From Nitrosopumilus sp. (GTDB taxonomy: Archaea; Thermoproteota; Nitrososphaeria; Nitrososphaerales; Nitrosopumilaceae), in assembly GCA_963667665.2 (NCBI GenBank), contig OY763927.2, forward strand, positions 64,001-128,000: 64,000 bases of DNA, read 5' to 3'. Position 1 is the first letter of the stretch. Each line of letters begins with the position of its first letter. This document shows positions 57,545 to 64,000 of this stretch, piece by piece. The translations under genes were made by a program, and so were the position numbers. Under the pieces are notes generated by a model. That model made no database searches, had not been told where the DNA came from, and saw only the letters and a list, made by a program, of their open reading frames with translations.

Positions 57545-58360
57545 TTGAAAATATTTTTATTCATTCCAATACTTTTAGTTTTAATAATTACACCCGCATT
57601 TGGTGCACTTTCTGATGCTACTGGATTGGTAAATCGTTTAGATGTTGATGTAGGTGGTTATACACTTGAAGTTAAAGTTGTTTCAAATTTTAATGTAATA
57701 GATCATGAGTTTGATAAAGATGAAAAACGATTGACAATTTTTATTGATAGCGGTTTGGAAAATAATTTAGGTGAGATAATTATTCCAAAATTATTACTTG
57801 ATGGTAATTTTACTTTTTATCTTAATGATATGCAGTTCAATCAAAAAATAAAATCTAATGACAGGATTTCGTTTATCACACTAAACTTTACAGGTACAGG
57901 TAACAACAAAATTGACATTTTTGCAACTAAAACTATTACTAGTATAGAAAAACCAGAAACACTTGTTATTGATAAATCACAATCTGAAGGTGGTGGTTGT
58001 CTTATTGCAACTGCAACATATGGAACAGAACTAGCACCTCAAGTACAACAACTAAGGGAAATACGTGATCAAAAATTAATTAACACAGAATTTGGACAAT
58101 CCTTTTTGAATTCATTCAATGAATTTTATTATTCAGTTAGTCCATACATTGCAGATTACGAACGTGAAAATCTAGTTTTCAAAGAAATAGTCAAAATTTC
58201 TATCACGCCAATGATTAGTTCTCTATCTATCTTGAATTACGTTGATATGAATTCTGAAGTGGAAGTTTTAGTGTATGGGATTAGTTTGATTACACTTAAT
58301 CTAGGAATGTATATTGGAATCCCAGCTGTAGTGATTATAGGAATTAGAAAGAAATTCTAG
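57545..58360 (+). CDS. CFI-box-CTERM domain surface protein
   Basis: GGGCLIATATYGTELAPQVQQLREIRD..FYYSVSP.IADYE, C-terminal TM. Confidence 0.82.
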   Translation: MKIFLFIPILLVLIITPAFGALSDATGLVNRLDVDVGGYTLEVKVVSNFNVIDHEFDKDEKRLTIFIDSGLENNLGEIIIPKLLLDGNFTFYLNDMQFNQKIKSNDRISFITLNFTGTGNNKIDIFATKTITSIEKPETLVIDKSQSEGGGCLIATATYGTELAPQVQQLREIRDQKLINTEFGQSFLNSFNEFYYSVSPYIADYERENLVFKEIVKISITPMISSLSILNYVDMNSEVEVLVYGISLITLNLGMYIGIPAVVIIGIRKKF

Positions 58361-58415
58361 ACTCTTTTTGTTTTCTAACTAAAGTTCTAATAGTATGCTA
58401 TATTTTGAGAATAAT

Positions 58416-58544
58416 ATGGGCAGTATGGCAGAAGGACAAGTATACACTTGCTCAGAATGTGGTCTTGAACTAAAAGTTACAAAGCCATGTGATGAAGAAG
58501 AATGTGACCTAATTTGTTGTTCCAAACAGATGAATCAATCATAA
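58416..58544 (+). CDS. small desulforedoxin-like Cys-rich protein (39-42 aa)
   Basis: MGSMAEGQVYTCSECGLELKVTKPCDEEECDLICCSKQMNQS*; G..Y.CxxCG...CC..M pattern. Confidence 0.7.
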   Translation: MGSMAEGQVYTCSECGLELKVTKPCDEEECDLICCSKQMNQS

Positions 58545-58590
58545 AATCGTACGTAATACAATCAACAGATGTTGTATTAGCTAAATTGCT

Positions 58591-59289
58591 TTAATTTTCG
58601 TTAAGTAATTTTTGAATCATTGCCTCAATATGCCCTGATTGTCCAAATGACACATCTTTGAGAATTCCTTTTCTATCTACTAAAATGGCTGATGGTGTGC
58701 CTTGCAGAGAAAATTTTTCAAATGTTTCAGCAGAATATTCTTTTGATTTCATGTGGTTTTTCACTTTTTGAATAATCTGATTTCTGTAATCTTCTGGCTG
58801 TGAGTCAAATTCAGGAATCTGTGGACGGATAAATTCCATGATTTTTTCTTGGCTAATTTCACCTGAAGTTTTTGTTAAATTATCCATTCCTAGTGGAAAT
58901 GGAATTTTATAATGTAACTTGTTTCCTTCTTGTAATTTTCCATACGTTGAAAGTACATTCTTTGTTTCTCCTACTACTTCACCAGTTTCTGCAAGCATCT
59001 TCAAATTATCTAATGTATTTTTATCAAAATCTTCAAAAGCAGTGGCAAGACCTAGAACTCGAACTCCCTCATCTTTGTATTTGTTGTAGATGTTAATTGC
59101 CTCTGGAATTGCATTCATAAAACATCCTGGACAATTGACTTGAAAAACTTCTACTAAAACAACATGATCTTTTTCTTGATCAAAATTAGTTGGAGCTCCT
59201 TGTACCCATTCTGAAACTCCAAAATTTGGTGCTTTTTCACCTATTACTACACTCACAATAAATTCCCATATTTTTTCCATTAAATACAT
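58591..59289 (-). CDS. TlpA/redoxin-like thioredoxin-fold protein
   Basis: VFQVNCPGC, ATAFED, LQGTPS.ILVDRKG. Confidence 0.82.
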   Translation of the reverse strand: MYLMEKIWEFIVSVVIGEKAPNFGVSEWVQGAPTNFDQEKDHVVLVEVFQVNCPGCFMNAIPEAINIYNKYKDEGVRVLGLATAFEDFDKNTLDNLKMLAETGEVVGETKNVLSTYGKLQEGNKLHYKIPFPLGMDNLTKTSGEISQEKIMEFIRPQIPEFDSQPEDYRNQIIQKVKNHMKSKEYSAETFEKFSLQGTPSAILVDRKGILKDVSFGQSGHIEAMIQKLLNEN

Positions 59290-59355
59290 ACCTCATCAAA
59301 TTTTGGATTTTTTCTCAAGTAACCTAATATAGGACACAGAAAATCTCAAAACAAA

Positions 59356-59844
59356 TTGCAAGCAGTAACTTCTGATCGATTAGCACTTTTTGTTGAAATG
59401 GAGTCAAAATATGAACAAAAAGATACAGAGTATTTTATTTCTCTTTTAAAACATCCTGATTATGTGGTTAGAACAAGAGCCACCTGTATTTTGGTTGATT
59501 TTGGCGGAGAGGATAAAATTCCCTATATTGCCAACGTTTTAAAAAATGATAAAAACGAATTGGTACGTCATGAGGCTGCATTCTCATTAGGTCAACTGTG
59601 TTACTCTAGTGCAATACTTTCACTATCTGATGCAACACTCAATGATCCAAGTATATTTGTACGACACGAAGCAGCAATTGCCTTGGGCGTTGTTGGCTCC
59701 AAAGAAGCAAAAAAAACTCTGGAAGCTGCATTAAAAGATCCTGATAAGGCAGTAGTTGAATCTGCAATAGTTGCATTATCTAATATTCAATTTATGGAAA
59801 AGTTAAGTAAGAATAAAAAGTTTGCAAAGTTAACAGGTGGATGA
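59356..59844 (+). CDS. HEAT-repeat (PBS-lyase/DOHH-like) protein with two HE motifs
   Basis: LVRHEAAFSLGQ and FVRHEAAIALG repeats. Confidence 0.8.
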   Translation: MQAVTSDRLALFVEMESKYEQKDTEYFISLLKHPDYVVRTRATCILVDFGGEDKIPYIANVLKNDKNELVRHEAAFSLGQLCYSSAILSLSDATLNDPSIFVRHEAAIALGVVGSKEAKKTLEAALKDPDKAVVESAIVALSNIQFMEKLSKNKKFAKLTGG

Positions 59845-59845
59845 G

Positions 59846-60406
59846 ATGAATTTTCCTTTAGGTGTAATAATAATAGTTGGTGTTCTCGCTGCAATAATTT
59901 TAGGATTGATTGCATCATCTCCAGATGATATTATCCAACCAAGAATGATTTCCGATGAGAAAATGGAAATTAAATCAGAACCAACAGCAGTTGTCCAACC
60001 AGAAGCAGCCGAAGAAGAAGTCATGGAAGAGACTATGATGGAAGAAGAAGTCATGGAAGAGACTATGATGGAAGAAGAGACTGAAGAGCCAGAAGCAGAA
60101 ATATCAACAATGGCATTAACAGTTTCAATTCCTAATGGTGTTGGAGCTCCAGGATGTGAAAAAACTAATGAGTGTTATTTACCCTATGAACTTTCTGTTG
60201 CAGTTGGTACAACAGTAACTTGGAGTAATGATGATCTTGCTGCACATACTGTAACCAGTGGAAATTTTCCAGAAGATGATGGATTGTTTGATTCTAGTGT
60301 TTTCATGTCTGGTGATACTTTTGAATTTACCTTTAGTGATGTAGGAACTTTTGATTACTACTGCTTTGTCCATCCTTGGATGGCCGGAATTGTTAATGTT
60401 AGTTAA
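59846..60406 (+). CDS. membrane-anchored type-1 blue copper (cupredoxin) protein with Glu/Met-rich linker
   Basis: TM helix; TW.NDD.AAHTVTSG; YYCFVHPWM ligands. Confidence 0.88.
   Translation: MNFPLGVIIIVGVLAAIILGLIASSPDDIIQPRMISDEKMEIKSEPTAVVQPEAAEEEVMEETMMEEEVMEETMMEEETEEPEAEISTMALTVSIPNGVGAPGCEKTNECYLPYELSVAVGTTVTWSNDDLAAHTVTSGNFPEDDGLFDSSVFMSGDTFEFTFSDVGTFDYYCFVHPWMAGIVNVS
60011..60070 (+). repeat. 2 x 30-bp tandem repeat (EEEVMEETMM)
   Basis: GAAGAAGAAGTCATGGAAGAGACTATGATG x2. Confidence 0.9.
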
Positions 60407-60664
60407 GATTAATGTCTTTTAACAATTAGAAAAACAATATTTCATTATACTTTATTGCAAGAATTATCTGTCTCAGTGGTTTTAATATCCAAATAATAAG
60501 AAGTCAGTATACATCTCCTTATGATCATCCGATTTATTCACCTTAATGTTGGTAAATCATTGGTTCATCATCTGTATCATCAAATTCTCTTATGATTCTA
60601 GGATACCATTGTTCTTTCATGGATTAATTAGAAAAAAAAAACTATTAAATACTATCAACATAGT

Positions 60665-61429
60665 ATGCTTAATGAACATACTAAAATGAGTAAACATGCA
60701 CGATTACGTATACATATTGCCCCATTAGGTTTTGAATCTGATAGAATAGTACTTCCTGCTAAAGAGATGAGAGCAGATAAGGTTTGGATCTTAATACATA
60801 ATGATGAGAAACAAACCCAAGCAAAATCATATCTTGATAACACCAAAAGCAGATTAAAGAAAGAAAAAATTGAATTTGAAATTATGACATTGAATCGATT
60901 AGATTTGTCAAGCACCATCAAAGGTGTAAGAACTATTATGAGTGAAGGAAGAGATAATACGTATTATGTTAATGTTTCATCAGGATCTAAAATTCAAGCT
61001 ATTGCATGTACAATGGCTTGTATGATGTTTAATGAGAAAAATAATTTAATTCCTTATTATATTCAACCAAAAGAATATTTTGATTATAATGGGAAGCAGA
61101 TGTCAACAGGATTAGAAAAAATAATCTATGTGCCACAGTATGAAATTAAAACACCTGATAAAAAACTAATACAATCTTTACAAATCATAAAAGAAAATGA
61201 TAATCGAATTACAAAAAGTAATTTAGCAAAAGCTGTAGATAGCAACAAAATCATTGAGATTGGTGCTAAACAAGAGAATTATGAACAAGCAAGGTTTACA
61301 AGTTTGGATAAAAACATAATTCAACCTTTAAAAGAGAATTGGAAATTTATCCAGGAAAGCAAGATTGGAAGAACAAGATGGATTGAGATTACTCCTGAAG
61401 GAGAAAATGTATTGGAAATATTAGATTAG
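60665..61429 (+). CDS. CARF-like (DUF6293/Csa3-like) Rossmann domain plus wHTH transcriptional regulator
   Basis: IHIAPLGFESDRI, ADKVWIL, YVNVSSGSK (CARF motif-II-like), C-terminal wHTH (K.GRTRWIEITPEG). Confidence 0.72.
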   Translation: MLNEHTKMSKHARLRIHIAPLGFESDRIVLPAKEMRADKVWILIHNDEKQTQAKSYLDNTKSRLKKEKIEFEIMTLNRLDLSSTIKGVRTIMSEGRDNTYYVNVSSGSKIQAIACTMACMMFNEKNNLIPYYIQPKEYFDYNGKQMSTGLEKIIYVPQYEIKTPDKKLIQSLQIIKENDNRITKSNLAKAVDSNKIIEIGAKQENYEQARFTSLDKNIIQPLKENWKFIQESKIGRTRWIEITPEGENVLEILD

Positions 61430-61464
61430 AATGAATTGCCTATTTGATGAAAATTGTTCTACAT

Positions 61465-63888
61465 CTAATTCATTCTAGAAATTTTCGATATCCCATCTTC
61501 TTTTGAAATCTGGAAAATATTATCTACATAGGTTTCAAGCTCTCTTTCATGAGAAACAAGCACGATTTGTTGTGATTTTAACTCATCTAGAACTTCTCTG
61601 ATTTTACCTAACTGATTTTTAGAAAATCCATCAGTTGGCTCATCTAAGATCAACAAGTTTGATTTTAATGACTCTGTCTCTTTTCTCATAAGTGAATTCA
61701 GTGTTAATCTGTATGCTAATGCAATACTGGTCTTCTCCCCTCCTGACAAATATCCAATCTCTTGTTCATATCCATCTTGAATTACAATTGGTGTAAAGTT
61801 CTCATCGATTCTAGATTCTTTAGTGGGGTCCTCAACTAGAATAGAATACCATCTATGATAAGTTTCATTAAAGCTCTGTAAAATTGATAACAATACCTGC
61901 TTTTCAATCTGAGATATGGCAGGAATAAAAAATACAGTTAACCACTCAAAATACTCTGAAAATTTAATATACTCAATTTTCCATTTTTGAGATTCAGCAA
62001 TCTTTTCTTTGTTAATTGTAATCTTTTCTTGTTCATTTTCTAAATTTTGTTTTGATGATGCATTCAAAGCAGAGACTTTGTTGATCTTTTCATTATTTTC
62101 TTTAAATTCTTGCTCAGTTAATCTTATTTCATTATCAATATCTGTAAATGATTTTACTTGTTTTTCAATAATTTGAATCTCTTTTTTGTTTTTTGCAATG
62201 TTACCCTCTAATGATTTCAAACCATTCTGATACTTTGAAATTAATTTCAGAGTTTTCTCATACTTCTTTTCTGTCTCTACTATCATAACTATGGAATTCT
62301 CATATTCTACTAGAGCGTCTTTAAGTGCAGAAAGATACTCTACTGGCTTGCTAGATTCATACTCGAATTTCTCTTTTGGAACCTTATTTTGTATCTGTAA
62401 TTCCTTAATTTTAGCCTCAATTTGTTCAAATTTTGCCGATTTTTCATCAAACTCTTCAATTTGAGGAATCATCTGTTGATTCTCTGATATTTCAGATTCT
62501 AGTTTTTCAATCTCTTTAGATAGTTCTGTGTGATGTTTTTTTGTATCAAAAAATGTGTTTACAATCTTTTTTAACTCTGCATTTAATTTAGCTAGTTCTG
62601 TTTTTCGCTCATTTTCTAATTCTTTCAGATGCCCTGTTGTAATCTTTTGTTCACATACAGGACATTTTGTTCCAAGTTTTGCAAATTTTCCAATATCTTC
62701 TTTTAAGTTTTCTATATTTGTTTCATATTTTGTTTTTTGTTTTTTTAAATTCTCTACTTCTTTTTCACTTTCTTCAAATGTTTTTGAAATATTTTCCAGG
62801 GTTTTTTCTTTACTAGTTGTTTCTTTTTGTATCTCTTTTTTATTTTTACTAGATATTTTACTTAATTTTAAAATTGTTGATGACAATTCTGAGTAAATTG
62901 TCTTTGATTCCACAAGTTCATCCTTGATTTTTTGAAATTTTTCAATCTCTTTTCTGATTTGTATCACTGTTTTTGTTGTTGGCTTTTTAATTTTACTTAA
63001 TTTATCTAACTTTTCTTTAAATTCATCAACTTCTTCTTTTGCATCATCAATATCTATTTTCGCTGATTCAATAGCTGATTCATCATCTGTGATTTTTTCT
63101 TCTAGTTTATCTTTGGTACCTTCAAGTTTCACCTTTTCTAGATTCTGTTTTTGTAATTCTTTTGATCTTTTATCTACTAAGATATTTTTTGACTCTAAAT
63201 CCTTTCTTTCTTTATCTAATTGAATAATCTTTGTATTAATCTCTACAACTAAATTATCTAATGCTTTATTTTTATCTTCTAATTGAGTAGTGTCACTAAA
63301 TCTTTCTTTAAATCGCGCTACCTGTAGTTTTATTGATCCAGCAATCTTTATAGCATTGGCAACTGCAATGGCATAATCTTCAATTCCAAATGCCTTTCTT
63401 ATCGTCTCTAATCGAGTTTTAGTATCTACAAGAACTTTTTTCATCTCTTCCTGAGGTGTATACACTGCATAACGGAAGATTCTACTCACCGATAGTGGAT
63501 TTCCAGGCTCGTTGAATTTAAGAATCTGAAGTATTCGCTGCTTTAACTCTGATGGTGAGAGTGGCTCTTTTTCATCATTTGTTTTGATGTACGAATTTTT
63601 TGGATCCTGATTTACTCCAGCTGATTTTCTTTTGAGTGCTCGCTTTATTTCATATTTCTGATCATCTACCGTAAACTCTAAAATTGCATAGCCGTCATCT
63701 ACTTTTTTTGCAAGAAGGGATTCTGCTTTTTGTGAACCCAAACCAAATAAAGCAAATTCTATTGCCATCAATACAGTGGATTTACCAGAGCCAATATCTC
63801 CTTCAAATAAAGTAATTCCACGTGGAAATTCTACCTCTTCATGAGAGTAACTTCGAATATTCTCCAACACCAGTGAATTAAGAATCAT
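61465..63888 (-). CDS. Rad50/SbcC-like SMC ATPase
   Basis: GDIGSGKST Walker A, YTPQ Q-loop, coiled coils with central CPVC zinc hook, LSGGE, LILDEPT, VSH. Confidence 0.9.
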   Translation of the reverse strand: MILNSLVLENIRSYSHEEVEFPRGITLFEGDIGSGKSTVLMAIEFALFGLGSQKAESLLAKKVDDGYAILEFTVDDQKYEIKRALKRKSAGVNQDPKNSYIKTNDEKEPLSPSELKQRILQILKFNEPGNPLSVSRIFRYAVYTPQEEMKKVLVDTKTRLETIRKAFGIEDYAIAVANAIKIAGSIKLQVARFKERFSDTTQLEDKNKALDNLVVEINTKIIQLDKERKDLESKNILVDKRSKELQKQNLEKVKLEGTKDKLEEKITDDESAIESAKIDIDDAKEEVDEFKEKLDKLSKIKKPTTKTVIQIRKEIEKFQKIKDELVESKTIYSELSSTILKLSKISSKNKKEIQKETTSKEKTLENISKTFEESEKEVENLKKQKTKYETNIENLKEDIGKFAKLGTKCPVCEQKITTGHLKELENERKTELAKLNAELKKIVNTFFDTKKHHTELSKEIEKLESEISENQQMIPQIEEFDEKSAKFEQIEAKIKELQIQNKVPKEKFEYESSKPVEYLSALKDALVEYENSIVMIVETEKKYEKTLKLISKYQNGLKSLEGNIAKNKKEIQIIEKQVKSFTDIDNEIRLTEQEFKENNEKINKVSALNASSKQNLENEQEKITINKEKIAESQKWKIEYIKFSEYFEWLTVFFIPAISQIEKQVLLSILQSFNETYHRWYSILVEDPTKESRIDENFTPIVIQDGYEQEIGYLSGGEKTSIALAYRLTLNSLMRKETESLKSNLLILDEPTDGFSKNQLGKIREVLDELKSQQIVLVSHERELETYVDNIFQISKEDGISKISRMN

Positions 63889-64000
63889 CTAACTTTAACT
63901 CCAATACTCCTAGCGCATCTTGTCCTATTCTTGATGCATAGTCTGTTTTCTTCTCGTTTTCAAGTGCTGGCTGTTCTAACTCTGATAGTAATTTTTTTGC
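63878..64000 (-). CDS. C-terminal fragment of upstream gene, probably Mre11/SbcD nuclease
   Basis: ...AKKLLSELEQPALENEKKTDYASRIGQDALGVLELKLDDS* overlapping the Rad50 start; identity inferred from position only. Confidence 0.55.
   Translation of the reverse strand, partial: AKKLLSELEQPALENEKKTDYASRIGQDALGVLELKLDDS

Noticed and set aside
60503-60620. Minus-strand 25-aa ORF (MKEQWYPRIIREFDDTDDEPMIYQH, 60543-60620) or a box C/D-like sRNA (ATGATGA...CTGA)
   Set aside because: ORF too short with no recognisable motif; no clear D' box or rRNA-complementary guide; cannot be supported without conservation data

Overview
AT-rich, gene-dense chromosomal segment of an ammonia-oxidising archaeon (Nitrososphaerota/Thaumarchaeota, Nitrosopumilus-like). 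The assignment rests on a type IB topoisomerase, 3HP/4HB-cycle enzymes (ADP-forming 3-hydroxypropionyl-CoA synthetase plus crotonase), archaeal NirK, a divergent FtsZ, CFI-box/PEFG-type surface proteins, e-type ribosomal proteins and a LysW-dependent lys/arg cluster. Most of the window is core genome. There are two tRNAs (Ser-GCT; Met-CAT with a 30/31 intron). No CRISPR array, integrase or transposase was seen. Several small genes missing from the ORF track were found: eL21 end, eL39, two LysW paralogues, a zinc-ribbon protein, a coiled-coil protein and a desulforedoxin-like protein. Best leads: (1) the LysW carrier paired with LysX ends in EDWGQ rather than the catalytically required EDWGE; (2) a half-size DOHH-like HEAT protein with two HE motifs, next to small redox proteins; (3) a multi-stem structured leader upstream of rpl15e; (4) a decayed tRNA-Met 3'-end duplication bracketing an S-layer-derived gene; (5) 17 perfect EAPKK repeats on eL31; (6) a CARF-like wHTH regulator with no cas genes in the window. 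All family assignments come from motif recognition by eye, not database searches.
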